Assembly: GCF_006345805.1 (NCBI RefSeq)
Contig: NC_043007.1
Span: forward strand, 60,760,001-60,824,000
Source of the DNA: Octopus sinensis
Taxonomy: Eukaryota
Reading direction: 5' to 3'
Length of the DNA: 64,000 nt
Shown here: piece by piece, positions 51,791 through 64,000 of the stretch
Numbering within the stretch: position 1 is the stretch's first letter
Layout of the letters: every line of letters begins with the position of its first letter
Notes under the pieces: model-generated
What the model saw: only the letters and a program-made list of their open reading frames with translations
Databases searched by the model: none
Told to the model about the DNA's origin: nothing
Made by a program: the position numbers and the translations under genes

Positions 51791-54700
51791 TCACAGGCGA
51801 AACCTGAGAATTGGTCCATTTATACAGGCCAGTCTCGCACAATTCACCCACCTTTCATAAAACTTGCTATCGGACAGCACTTTCCTCTCTAACCTCATTT
51901 TCCTTTTCAAGTGAAACTTGAAAAAGTTGATGAGGCCTTGACCAAAGAGGAAAGTGTCTGTCTTTAGCCCTTTCAAACGAGTCCACCACACGACCTCTTT
52001 CGCCACAGCCTCTAGGCACAAGAAAACGGCCTCGCCCTCCTTGTTAAAGGAGGTCGGCGGGGCAATCTTCACTATGGATTCGGCCGATAGTCGGATCCGT
52101 CCTACACGTGACAGTAGCTGTTCGACATAAACCCATATTTCAGCAATACTCGGGCACTGAACGAGTGCGTGCAGAACGGTTTTGTCGTCCTGGCAACACC
52201 TCGGGCAGGCTCGTCTGACGGCACTTCCGTGCCGGTAGAGTTTATCTCGAACAGGCAGAGCCCCTCGGTAGCACTGCCAGGCGAGAGACCTCTGGAAATT
52301 ATCCATCGGCCCCGGCCCGAAAGTCCTCCCGAACAGACCGCACAGTTCGTCATCTTCAACGCCTAGAGTTTCCCTGAGAACGTCGTCGCAGTTTTCCTCC
52401 ACTAACCCTCTATAGAACGCTAGAGTGGAGCTGTAACCGATCGCATTGCCCGCCTGACGGAGGGTGGAGAGGGCTTGACGGCACTCGAGGTGCCAAGCGT
52501 CCTTTCTCGGTCTACGTTTGATCCAGGTCTGCAGCTCCATCAAAGAGACGAGCTGCGGAAAATCGCGTCTGACAAAAGATGACCACACCTGTTCACCGTC
52601 TAGGAAGCGCTTGAGATGCCGCAGCCTGAGCGCATGTCTGCGCAACAGCAACCACGGCATTCCAAGGCCTCCATTCAGCGGTCGTTGACAGCAGATGGAT
52701 CACCTGACCAGTGGCACCTGACCCTTCCACAAAAAGTCGAAGAGCAGGCGTACCAGCTTGGCCAACCAGCGGTCGGGACAAGGGACGACGGTCAAGCGGT
52801 AATAGATGACGGATGCGATGTACACATTCGCCACCTCCGCTCGACCTTTCAGGGACAGCTTCCTCTCGGCCCATTTCTGGGTGAGACGTGCCACCCTGCT
52901 CGTCACCTCTTCCCAGTTCTTATCCACCTGGAGGTCCGGACCGAACCAGACCCCGAGCAGTTTAACGGGTCCGTCTGTCCAGCGCCCTACGACGCTGTTG
53001 GACGGCATGGGCTTGCCTCTCCAGGTGCCCAGCTGCAAGCCCACAGACTTTTCCGCGTTAATCTTTGCCCGTCACCGCTTCGTACTGGTTTAGCATCTCG
53101 CCAATCAGGCCAATGTGCCTGTGGCCCGACACCACCACGGTGACGTCGTCGGCATAAGCAGACACGCTGTTTCCGCCTCCTAGATCGCGCGGGATACCCC
53201 TCAAAGCCTCCAACTTGCGCAGTAATGGCTCGAGAGTCAAAATGTACAAGAGGGAGGAGAGAGGGCATCCTTGGCGGACCGAACGCGAGATGTTGAACGG
53301 TTCCGAAAGGTGACTGTTCATCCATATCACCGAGCAGATGTTGCTGTATAAAGCAGCGATCCACCCGCGGAAGACTGGACCAAAGCCGGCTGCCCTGAGG
53401 ACAGCTGCCAGGTACCGATGGTCGACCCTATCGAAGGCTTTACTCTGATCCAAGTTATGAAAGCCCCGCCCGCGCCAGCGTCGTTACCCACCCTCTCTAT
53501 GATGTAGCGCATGAGATGGAGGTTGTCGTGTATCGACCTGGTCGGCACGGCACATGTCTGCGTCTTGCCAACCAGCTTGTCCACGACAAGCGCCAATCTC
53601 TTGGCTAGCACCTTGGCCAAAATCTTCAACTCTGCATTGAGCAGAGTGATGGGCCGGAAATTCCCTATAACGTCCCCCTTGTTTGGGTCCTTCTTTAGCA
53701 AAGCCACCACTCCTCGACAGACAAAAGCAGGAATTCTCCCGTTTTGCTGCCAGTTGCAGTAGACGTTTGCCAACAGGTCCGCAAACAAGTCTGGCATTGA
53801 AAAGTAAAGCTCGTAGGGCAGACCATCCAAACCCAGCGATCTACCTCTCGTGCAACTCTTCATCGCTTCCTGTACTTCCCAGGCAGATATCGGTCCTTCG
53901 CAGCACTCTGCCTCGCTGTCCGAGAGTTGCGGTAGGCCGTCCAGGTACACACCGAAGTCTGCACTGTTGTCCGTTCCACCGCTCGTCCCAAACAGTTGAG
54001 CAAAGTGCCGCTGAAGCACCGTACACATCTGCTTCGGTTCGGTAACCTCGCGCCCGTTCTGGTCCACCAAAGACCGAATGGTTGCTCTGTTGCCTCGCTT
54101 CGCCTCCGCCACGCGGGCCCATCGAGCGGCTCTAGTCCCCTCCCCGCTTAGCGAACGTGCCTTAGCTCTGACAATGCAGCCTTCGTGTTTGGCGTCGAAG
54201 TGTTGGTCGAGGGCCAACCTTGCCGCCAACACGTCGGTCGCGATGCCAGTGTCAAGAGCCTCGTCTAGTTTCTTAACTAAATCCCGCTCTCTCTTCCTAC
54301 GTTCAATAGCTAGAGTCTTACTATACCTAATCGACTCTACTCTAATTGCTCTCTTGAGGGCAAACCACCAGTTGTTGTTGATGATTGCCCCCGTGAGCGC
54401 CCGCTTAACTAGTAAACTAATCCGGTCTCTGTGAGCTTTGCACGCCGTTAACGACGCGTTCAGCTTCCAGTAGCCGGGTCCCTGTCTATGTAGCCTATCT
54501 AAGTCGACCATACAGATCACTAATTTGTGGTCCATATATTCGACTAGGTGGAATTGTGGACACCCTACGCTGTCCTTATCCGCTGGCCTACAAAACACTC
54601 TATCTAAGTACGATCTAGACGACCCGATGCGGTTTGTCCAAGTCCACATTGGCACATTCGGGTTGTCTAGTCGAAACCTGTCGGACAGCTGAAAGCGGCC

Positions 54701-55219
54701 GAGTAGGTTGGCGAGGCTCTTGCACCCTCCCCCTCTCCTATCAGACGCTCCCCTGCCCACCCGATCGAAACGTTCGTCTAAGACAGCGTTCCAATCCCCA
54801 ACTAGCACTAGAGTGCGTGACGTTCCCAGGAAAACTTCCAGACGTTTGAAATAATCCAACTGCCCTGCTCCTGTCGGAGCGTAGGCAGCCAGCAGTCTGA
54901 AAGCACCGCCGTCACTACCGTCGACGTCGAGGACCACCAACTTACCTTCCGGATCCAAGAAGACTGTCCTTATTTTCAGGTCCAAGCCCTTCCGAAACAA
55001 CACCGCAGTACCACCACCGCCCGCTCCCAGCCGACACGGAGATAGAAATATCTTGTATCCGCCGAAAAGGGCTGCGAGTTCCTGCGGGTCGGAGAGCCTG
55101 GTTTCACTGATGGCTGCTACATCCACATCATGAAACCTCAGGTCGTTTAACAGGTGACCCTGTTTCCAAGGTGACCCGAGGCCTCTCACATTCAAGCAAC
55201 CGATTCTAAGATTTGCCAT
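51791..55219 (-). pseudogene. Tx1 ORF2 (APE endonuclease + reverse transcriptase + C-terminal CCHC), disrupted
   Basis: APE motifs LNVRGL, GDWNA, SYLDRV, DHKLV; RT motifs FRPITLLN, DQSKAFDRV, RQGCPLS, YADD; C-terminal CPRC..D.T..HAL..C. One-nt frameshifts near 53456 and 53068 and an in-frame TGA at 52700-52702. Confidence 0.92.
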
Positions 55220-55258
55220 GTCTCAAAAGTAGGGGAAAAAAAAAGGAGAAAAAAGGCT

Positions 55259-57053
55259 CTACTTACTGTTGTTGGTGGTGGGGGTGGCTCCCTTGTGCTT
55301 TTGCACGGGTGCTTCCACAATGTTTTTATAAAGTTTCTTCGAGAAACTTTTCCCTAGCGATCCCACATCATTAGGGAATATTTGTTTGATTTCATCATAT
55401 GTTTTTGCATTTATTTTTATTGTGAGAATGTGTGCTGGTGGTGTGTTTTGTGTTGGTATGATGAAATCGGTTATATTTGTACTAGTTTTGTTTTTTAAGT
55501 ACTCCACTAATTTTTGGTTCTTTGTGTTTATTGATGTAATTGTGTCTGTGTGTGTTTGTGTGTGTGGCAGTGGCAGTAGTGGTGTCGAAAGTGTTGTTGT
55601 TGTTTGTTGTTGTTGTGAATGTGTGTTGTCGTTAATGTTGTTGTTGATGTTTGGAGGCACTATTTGTTCGTGCTTCCCCTGTAAATCTTTTTGTTTTTTC
55701 CTCCTTTTCTTCTTTGGAGGCACTATGCTCCATTCTCCTTTGTTGGAATCAGAGCTCGCACAATCCGACTCTTCATCCGGCAAAGGAATGGTTGATGGGT
55801 CTGCTTCAGTAGCAGGACGAAAGGTTTTTGGTTCCGCCGGTATCGGTGGTGCCGCTGCTCCTATTGCTGTTGATGTTGCTGCTGTCGATCTTCAAGGTAC
55901 TGGTGTCGGTGTTGGTTTGGTGGTGGTTGTTGTTGTTGGAGGTGGTGTTGTTTGTCTTGGTGCTGGTGATGGTGTTGGTGGTGTGGCAGCTTTTGGTGTT
56001 TCGTGCTGTTTCTGTTGTTGTTGTTGTTACTTCCTCTTGTTGTACTCCTCCATCCTCTTTTTTTGAATGGGGCAGTCCCTCTTTAAGTGGCCTTCGCTGC
56101 TGCAGAGGAAACATTTTGGCTTTCGCCCCTCCACAGCAACGTTTAGCCTGGTGCCGTCCGGCAAACTTACGAAATCAGGGACTTTACTGATATTTTCTTG
56201 CTGAATTTGCGCAAGAAGCAGCACTCCCATCCCCAACCAGTTTTTCGCCCTCACTCTCCTGACATCTAGAATGGTGGTAGTGTCCTCTATATCATAGAGG
56301 ACAGCTGCCACCAGCCATGACATATCTAGCTCAGGGGGGGCAAGGTCGATCTTTATTTTTGTTACTCTTCGCCCGAGGTGGGTCGGGACTTGTAACAAAT
56401 TCTCAGTTTGCAAGGGCGAAATGGCGTTCGCCCTTGCAAGCTCCTCTGTTGGGAAGCGAACCTCCACGGTTCCGAAACGCTTCCCCTTGGTTACGTAGCT
56501 CTTTTTGGCCCAAATGGGCTTTAGAGCTATCTCTAACTGTTGGGGTGTGGCATTTGTCATTTTTTTGAGTTTCCTATCGAAAACTTTGTATGTGATTGTT
56601 TTTTTGTTTGTGTCTTCAATCACCTCTTGTGGAGTACTGAGGAAGATGCTGTTGCCATCCTTTCTCAATAATTCTTTAGCTTTTTTTATTTCTTCTAAAG
56701 TTATCTTAACTTCCTCCGAAATTTGCTTCGCAGCAGAAGCAAAATTGTTGGAAATTTTTCCATTTTTTTTCTTTGTTCTTGTCTGTGTTTGTGTCCGTTA
56801 TAACCTTCCTCTCCTCCCCCTTCGGTACAACATCACTTGTTGAAGGCAGAGGGGGGAAATCAGGAGTGACGTCGAACGCGACGTCCTGGCTAGCATTCTC
56901 CTTTTGAACGGTGCGCGTGCTTTCCGTTTCGGAAGGAGGAGCTCTGTTGCCTTTTACGGCGCGAAGTGGGTGTTTTTTTGGTGATAATGTGTGTGTTTGC
57001 GGAGGGAATGTAAATGGAAGGAAGGAACAGCTAACTGCTCGCTTCATAGCCAT
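55259..57053 (-). pseudogene. Tx1 ORF1 (gag-like zinc-knuckle protein), disrupted
   Basis: CX2CX4HX4C knuckle CFLCSSEGHLKRDC and a Pro/Thr-rich linker. One frameshift in the A-run near 56765 and in-frame stops near 56027 and 55892. Confidence 0.85.
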
Positions 57054-57277
57054 TTTTTTTTTGTTTAAAAGTTTGTTATTTTGACAAAGTTCAAAATTTC
57101 AAAAACGTAATTTCACCCCGAATGGGGCAAAATTTCGCCCAACCGACGAGCTCCGCAAGAAGCTGGTCGGTTTGGCTACAAAAATATTAAAAAATATTAA
57201 AACTTATCGATAAATTTCCAATGAAATTGGTGTCAAATTCACGGAGCCTTTTCAGACACGTCCATCGGCGTCGGAAG

Positions 57278-57320
<43 letters not shown>

Positions 57321-57321
57321 T

Positions 57322-57885
57322 AATTCTGGTTTTATTGGTCAGAAGGGCTAATATAAATCAAAAACATGTAAGGACAAACACAGGACAAAAAGTACAAAGG
57401 GTTTTGCGAAAAAGAAAGGTCCATGTAAACATTAGAAAAACAGCGAAAAATATAACAAGTAAAACTCCCAATAGGGGGAGGCACTTTGAAAGATTTCTCA
57501 TGGAAAAATCCATAAAAGCCACGAGAGCCTTATCAAATGGGGAGAGAGCCCCTTCTCCTTTTATATTCCATTTTTTTTTAACAGGTTTAACCTCAGAATT
57601 GGTCCGTTCATACTGGCCATTTTACCTTTCAATAAATTTGCTACGAGACAGCACTATCCTCTCTATTCTCACCTTCCTTTTCAAGTGGAATTTGAAAAAG
57701 TTGATGAGGTCTTGGCCAAAGAGGGAAGTGTCTGACTTTAGCTCTTTCAAATGGGTCCACCATATAGACCTCTTTCGCTACAGCCACCAGACAAATTAAA
57801 ATTGCCTTGCCCTCCCGGTTAAAAGAGGTCGGTGGGACAATCCTCAGTATGGATTCAGCTGATAGCCGGATCCATCCTACATGCA
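57322..57885 (-). mobile_element. 5'-truncated related Tx1 copy (3' end of ORF2 + 3' UTR)
   Basis: Aligns by eye with 51511-52105 (RLSAESI..I.PPTSFN.EG). Same AATAAA..AGAATT+(ATT)n 3' end. Confidence 0.85.
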
Positions 57886-58109
57886 ACGGAAGTGAAGCAC
57901 ACACCTACAAGCACTCTGCCCTCAGCGAATACGTAAAGGGGTCTGTAGATCTCCATTGACACCAACCCCAAGACTGGGAAAGCAAAAAACTGCACCAGTT
58001 GTAAAAAGATCCTCACCAACAACAGGGAAAGCAGCAAAAATAGCAACAGTGGCAGCCATGGTGGCAGGTGTAACAACAGCACCAGCAGGAAAACCATCAT
58101 AGAGGCTAA

Positions 58110-58232
58110 TATCAAGATGGGCTGGTTTCAATCTATCGATGGAGACTGTGTCTTGTCATCCATCAATTAGGAGTTGGAATGTTTTATCTCCCGGATGTAT
58201 GACTTGATATGGACCATTGTAAGGTAAGTGGA
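58110..58232 (-). mobile_element. Gypsy LTR-retrotransposon integrase C-terminal (GPY/F module) fragment
   Basis: Hand translation gives LPYNGPYQVIHPGDKTFQLLIDG*QDTVSIDRLKPAHLD. Confidence 0.75.
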
Positions 58233-58888
58233 ACAATGAAAATATGTAAGGTTTTCTTAAATCTTGATGTGTAACAATTATTGTTGCTGTTATCCAAACT
58301 CCAATAATGGAGATTTTGCTTATCTGTCATAAACTAGCTCTCACATTCAAAAAAGTATGTTAATAAATTGACAGTCAGACAAATATGCATACATGTACAT
58401 ATAAACGCGTGCGTGCACACACACATCTTTCAGTTTCCACCAACCAAATTCACTGGTTGGCCCAAGGTTCCACATGGTGGGACTGAATCTAAAACCATGT
58501 GGTTGGGAAGCAAATTTCTTAGCCACAAAGCCATGTCTATGTCTGTAAATACATTGAAATAAAGGTGGGGTGTGGGGTGAGGGACATAAACCAACAATGG
58601 TTGTCAAGCAGTGCTGGGGAACAAACACAGATACAAAAGCACACACACACACAGCCCAAAATTACAAACAGGTATTTTTTATAAATAAACAATCTTTACA
58701 ATAAAATTACATTTTTAACCACCAGAATGTAAACTGCTTTTGGGGACTCAATATTGAGTGTATTTTGTATGAAACATCCTTTTATTTGTATATGAGGGTG
58801 ATATAAGCTTAATGGTTGCAGTCTTTCATCCCACTTCCTTCTCGCTCACAAAAGATCTTAAACATTGAGAAATATAATCGATAATCAC

Positions 58889-59117
58889 CTGACCAGAATG
58901 CAAATGTCTCTTCCTCATAATTGATTTTTAGTGTTTCATACTTTTCTGTCATTTTCACTAAATTTTCTTCTAAAATTTTTTTGCTGTGAGTTGTTTCATC
59001 CAAGATTTTCTGTTTATAATCCAAATTTAGTTGGAGGCCGAAACATTTCCTTTCTTCTGATTGTAGCTCCTCTAGATACTTATCTCGATTTAACTGAGCT
59101 GCCTCCAATTGCATTTT
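58889..59117 (-). CDS. Coiled-coil gene exon
   Basis: cgtctttcag|AAA...TCAG|gtgatt, 229 nt, phase 0->1. Encodes KMQLEAAQLNRDKYLEELQSEERK...EEETFAFWS (within ORF 58809..59174). Confidence 0.8.
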
Positions 59118-59483
59118 CTGAAAGACGTGAGGTAACACAGTAACATCACAACCCTTTCCTAAACTCTGGGTCATTTATATAAATAATTATAGAAATATAC
59201 ATGTAGATATGTTGACTAACTAAACAGGTATCACAATGTTTAATGCCTTGATCACTTGGATCAAGGGTGTAGCTTTAATTGATACAACATCATTAGACAT
59301 TCAACTTAGCCCTACTTGTTTCACATCAATTAGATAAGAATTAGCAAGGTTAGTTGCCAATTATCTTCTAATTAATAAATCTCGTTTTATAAATATAGTA
59401 TCATGTACTGAGTAAAAAGAAGCCATTATAGAACATAGTTGATAATCAAAATATTAACTTAACTATTAGATAATTTTACATAC

Positions 59484-59589
59484 CATTTTCTTCATTTCAT
59501 TCAGTTCTTCATACACTTTAGCATTCTCAATTATTAACGAAGAATTTTCCAGCTTCAATGATTTTAGTTCATCACTTTGACTTTTCATT
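59484..59589 (-). CDS. Coiled-coil gene exon
   Basis: tttttacctccag|A...ATG|gtatgt, 106 nt, phase 2->0. Encodes MKSQSDELKSLKLENSSLIIENAKVYEELNEMKKM. Confidence 0.85.
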
Positions 59590-59984
59590 CTGGAGGTAAA
59601 AACAGAGTAAATATAGAGAAGACTACAACATAACATCTTGCATGATTTTTTTGTTTGTATCTTCTCATTTGTTAGACCCCATGTTTACAAATCTATTCCA
59701 ACCAGTATTTACCAAATCTGTTTAAACCTTAAAACTTTTCATCCAGCAGTTATCATTTTTACACATTATACCTCCATCAATACTAACTAATACCACTGAT
59801 GCCCAATCACATTTCCAACTCACTTGTGGATTTCATAACTTATCAATGCAACTTAAACAGACTATACTCAACTAATCCATGAATTTCAGGTCAAATTCAA
59901 AGCTTGACACAAGCACAATGTTATTTTAGTTAGGTATATACATACATATTCCTACACATATATACATTCATGAGTAAGGAAGAA

Positions 59985-62065
59985 GCATTTAGCTGCTGGG
60001 TGGATAGGTTTTTCAGTAAGGTTTATGACAATATCCCACACAGCTGGTTCTTGGAGTGTCTGAGGATGCTTGAAGTCAATGAAAAGATAAACAACTTTCT
60101 AGAGAAAGCAATGAGAGTGTGGAAAGTAGAACTGACATGTGCAAATGAGTTGCTAGTCAACATGAAAATGTGCAGGAGCATTTTCCAAAGAGACTCAATC
60201 CCTCCATTACTCTTCGTCGTTGCACTAATCCCTCTGACAAGTATATGAAGAAAATCCAGGCAGGCCTACCTATGAGTTTACTAAACCAAAGATGAGAATA
60301 ATCACCTCTTTTACAGGGATGACCTCAGCTGAATGCAAAATAAAATTAGATAGACCAAGACTCTGATCCAAACAGTGAGAGAATTCAGTAAAGATACTGA
60401 AATGCAGTTTGGAATAAATAAATGCACAATACTAATTATAAAGAAAGGTCAGAAAGTAAACTCTGATGGCATAAAATTACCACAAGACAACATCATTAGA
60501 TTGCTGTGGAATAATGAGGGGTACAAATATCTAGGAGTATTGTAAGACAATAGTGAAGTCACATGGCTCAGTGGTTAGAGTGTTAGGCTCACAACCATGA
60601 GGTTGTGAGTTCAATTCCTGGACCGGGCTGTATGTTGTGCTCTTGAGCAAAGCACTTCATTGCTCCAGTCCACTCAGCTATAGAAATGAGTTGCAACATC
60701 ACTGGTGCCAAGCTGTATCAGCCTTTGCTTTCCCCTGGATACCATTGGTGGCATAGAGAGGGGAGGGAGGTACGCATGGGTGACTGCTGGTCTGCCATAA
60801 ATAACCTTGCCCAAACTTGTGCCTCAAAGGGTAACTTTCTAGGTGCAATCCCATGGTCATTCATGACTGATAGGATAATGAAAGGAAAAATGAGAGAGAA
60901 AATCACTAAAGAGTACACAAGGAGAGTTAGGAAGGTACTTCAGTAGAACTAGAAAGCTGCTCACACGGCACAATGCATTTCACCCTAAAAGCAATACAAA
61001 CTGATTACCTAGCAAGAAAGGAAGGTGAAAAGGATTACTAAACACAGAAGACACTGTTGATATTGTGATAATAGATCCGAAAAAATTACGAGTAAAAAAC
61101 AAATACAACTGGCAACCAAAGATAACAAAAAAATTGATTGAAACAGTAGAAAAATTCAAAGAGAAAAGGAGGTACAACAGATGGAAAGAAATGGAACTAC
61201 ATGGTTAATTCATACAACTAACTGGGAATGTCATGAATAAAGATTTCTGGCTCTGGTTGATGGACAGAAACTTAAAATGAGAGACAGAAATGCTAACTAT
61301 AGCTGCTCAGGGACAAGCTCTTAGAACAAACCTGATAAAGGCAAAGACTGACAAAACCAGTCAGACAATAAATGTAGAATATGCAGGAAAGGAGATGAAA
61401 GTATCAATCATCTTTTGAGTGAGTGTAGTGTATTAATTCAAAAGGAGTATAAACACAGACATGACTGTGTAGGCAAAAGAATGCATTGGGATGTTAGCTA
61501 AGTGTGTGGTTTCAAAACAGAAAAGTGGTATGAACATGAACCAGAGCCTGTGATAGAAAATGAGAATTACAGGAGTTTGTGAGATTTCCCTATAAAGATA
61601 GACATACTATTAAGACTAGAAAAATTCTTTGGGATTTCCCAAACCAAACAGATAAGGCGCTAGAGCATAACAAACTGGACCTAGTGGTGGTGGATAAGGT
61701 GCACCACATACGCTATATAGATGACATTGCTTGCCCCTTTGACCTCCAAATAGTCAAAAAGGAAGGTGAAAAGATAGATAGATACAACCCTATTAAGTAC
61801 GAAAAAGCCCAGCTATGAGAAATGAAGAAGGTGAAGGTAGTGCCAATTATTGATGGGTCCTTGAGAACAGTATCAGAAGGTATCAAGAGGAATATAAGGA
61901 AATTGGAATAGAGTGCCTAGAAGAACTGCTACAAAAGGTTTGCCTACTTGGCACGGCCAGAATAATCAGGAAAGTATTAGATAGTTGAAAAGAACAAATA
62001 GCATGGTACCGTAGGCTGCAGATAGTAAGCCTGCTACACATGCAAGACTCCAGAAGTTCCAACAA
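59985..62065 (+). mobile_element. 5'-truncated R4/Dong-like element, same family as 2340-5680, interrupted by a SINE
   Basis: KVYDNIPHSWF, IFQRDSIPPLLFV, AAQGQAL, C..C....E..HL..C and KLDLVVVDK..DDIACPFD. Shares 3' UTR 'catgcaagactc.ag.agttccaaca', then (TAA)n. Confidence 0.85.
60556..60868 (+). mobile_element. tRNA-derived SINE family D inserted in the R4/Dong element
   Basis: Head tggctcagtggttagagtg...gagttcaattcc. Antisense relative at ~37520-37890 (itself nested in a family C SINE); related head at ~34283. Confidence 0.8.
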
Positions 62066-62109
<44 letters not shown>

Positions 62110-62393
62110 TAATAATCCCTTCTACTAAAGGACAAGGCCTGAAATTTGGGAGGAGGGGTCTAGTTGATTACATCAACCCCAGTATACCACTGGCACTTAA
62201 TTTATCAACCTCAAAAGGATGAAAGACAAAGTTGACTTTGACAGAATTTGAACTCAGAATGTAGCAACAGGCAAAACACCAGTAAGCATTTCATCCAGTG
62301 TGCTAACAATGCTGTCAGCTTGCTGCCTTAACAACAACAACACCAACAGCAGCAGCAGCAACAGCAACAACAACAACAACAGCAGCAGCAGCA

Positions 62394-62921
62394 GGTCTCA
62401 TGGTATCTGATCTTCATTGATTGGAAGTGTTATCATGTACATGTTTTGTCTTTAAAGATGGACTACAGCAAATATTCTGCTCAATACCATAGATTTGCTT
62501 TTCAGTTGCTTCACCTTAGCCAGTTAAGTATGTCCCTTAGTGGCTGACAATATGTGCATCTCTAATCATGAGCAGGAGTAGAGGAGGAGCATCATAGTCA
62601 TGTGTTGAGAGGAATTCTTTGGGGCTTAAATAATTCACTCCTGGAAACATGGGTGTTGCATTTTGTTCTTCATCCTTAAATAACCCTTATTCAGGGATAT
62701 TTTGAGCAGAATGGTCTACTCAAGTTGAAACAAATTCTGGCTGGACCCCACCTGCAAGGTCATGCACTGTTTATCTTGACATGAGGTCATCATGTCATGC
62801 ACATATGGCTGTGATGCATATGCTTGTGTATCCTTATCAGATGGATAGTCATGAAGGGTATATTGGGCTTTGTATATTTGTAACCCAGTGTTACTTTGAT
62901 GGCATGTGCTGCTATCTCACT

Positions 62922-62924
<3 letters not shown>
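62394..62924. repeat. Unclassified ~530-bp interspersed repeat flanked by trinucleotide microsatellites
   Basis: Second, partial copy at ~119-470; both end 'ctctcactcaa/atctcactcaa' directly before a trinucleotide run. Confidence 0.8.
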
Positions 62925-62953
<29 letters not shown>

Positions 62954-62974
62954 ACAACAACAACAACAACAACA

Positions 62975-63758
62975 TGCACACTGACATTGCACATCCAGCA
63001 ATGTCAGTGTGCATGTTATTAGTGTGAGAGAGAAGTTGGGCATAAAAGACATCAGATGTGGTGCACAAGAGTGACGACTGTGTTGGTATGGTCATGTAAT
63101 GCATATGGATGAGGATAGCTATGTGAAGAAGTACTGATCTCTAAAATGTGGAGGGAACCTGTGGAAGAAGTAGACCCAGGAAGACATGGGATGAGGTGAT
63201 GAAAAATGATCTTCAAATGTTGGGCCTCATGGAGGCAATGACAAATGACTGAGACCTTTGGTGATATGCTGTGCTTTAGATGACCTGTCAAGCCAAGTGA
63301 AATTGCAGTCATGGCCAATGCCAGTGTCACTTAACTGACACTTAAAAACACCCTTTGAACATTGGGAGATATGCTGTGCTTGAGAAGACTTTTCAAGCCA
63401 AGTGAAATCGTAGTCGAGGCTGATGCTAGCGTTGCATACTTCACATATAAAAACACCCTTCAAACTTTGGGCCACACGGAGGCAGTGACAAGTGATTGAG
63501 ACCTGTGACAATATACCATGCTGAAGAAGACCTGTCAAGCCAAGTGAGATCATAGTCGTAGCTGATGCCAGTATTTCATAACTGGCACATAAAAAGCACC
63601 CACTACACTCTTGGAATGGTTGGCATTAGGAAGAGCATCCAGATATAGAAACCAAATCAGATTGGCAGCTCCCCAGCTTACCTGTTTTCAGTCAAACCAT
63701 CCAACCCATACGAGCATGGAAAATGGATGTTAAATGATGATGATGATGATGATGATGA
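62975..63758 (+). mobile_element. RTE-derived element: RTE 3' coding remnant, internal repeats, SINE-like tail ending (GAT)n
   Basis: RLCWYGHVMHM...RPRKTW.EV remnant, repeated 'tcaagccaagtga' units, tail 'aaccca....gcatggaaaatggatgttaaatgatgat'. An antisense copy lies at ~49440-49735. Confidence 0.7.
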
Positions 63759-63798
63759 ATAACAACAACAATTTATCAAATGAGTTGACTTCACATAC

Positions 63799-63916
63799 TT
63801 ATCAGCAACAGCAATTAATTTGTCATATTGATCCTTAAGGTTGTTATAGTCATCTGATTGGTTTTGCAATTTCTTCAATTCTTTAATTTGGCTACTCAGT
63901 TCTTGGATCTTGTCAT
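63799..63916 (-). CDS. Giant coiled-coil tail-anchored protein, first exon visible in window (gene starts beyond window end)
   Basis: Acceptor ctggattatttag|AT, donor AA|gtatgt. Encodes DKIQELSSQIKELKKLQNQSDDYNNLKDQYDKLIAVAD. Phase 1->2 matches the next exon. Confidence 0.8.
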
Positions 63917-64000
63917 CTAAATAATCCAGAAAGTAGAATAAAACAAAGAAATAGAAATAGGTAAAGTAAAGAAGTCAGTATACAAATAAGGAGAGAATAA

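Larger units (their letters stand above)
51511..57278 (-). mobile_element. Near-full-length L1/Tx1-clade non-LTR retrotransposon, lightly inactivated
   Basis: 5' UTR, ORF1, ORF2, then 3' UTR with AATAAA followed by (ATT)n. Clearly more GC/CpG-rich than its flanks; bordered by (AAT)n on both sides. Confidence 0.92.

Noticed and set aside
51791-55219. GC-rich block as bacterial contamination or a prokaryotic retron/defence system
   Set aside because: The APE + RT + CCHC layout with a zinc-knuckle ORF1, poly(A) signal and degraded relatives nearby identifies a eukaryotic L1/Tx1 element.
1-64000. CRISPR arrays, operons or other prokaryotic systems
   Set aside because: No regularly spaced repeat-spacer array; the sequence has spliceosomal introns and metazoan repeats.

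Overview
AT-rich, intron- and repeat-dense animal DNA. The SINE families, microsatellites and LINE mix look like an octopus (coleoid cephalopod) genome; this is inferred, not searched. Two spliced genes can be rebuilt by hand, both on the - strand with canonical GT-AG junctions and consistent phases. (1) A giant coiled-coil gene with 12 exons in the window (63916->27753, over 2100 codons, 5' end beyond the window). It contains a three-times duplicated module of one 164-nt exon plus one 1.3-2.1-kb exon, and ends in a C-terminal transmembrane anchor. (2) A secreted, divergent multi-domain cystatin-fold gene (13233->1045, 3' end beyond the window) lacking the QxVxG inhibitory motif. Mobile elements include a near-full-length GC-rich L1/Tx1 retrotransposon inside (AAT)n, three R4/Dong-like RLE retrotransposons ending at (TAA)n, RTE, Gypsy, mariner, Tc1, Academ-like and piggyBac-MITE relics, many tRNA-derived SINEs, a 5S rRNA pseudogene and a 120-bp near-perfect palindrome. 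There are also several minimal type I hammerhead-ribozyme motifs, one fused behind a tRNA-like head. Repeat boundaries are approximate and no database search was possible.
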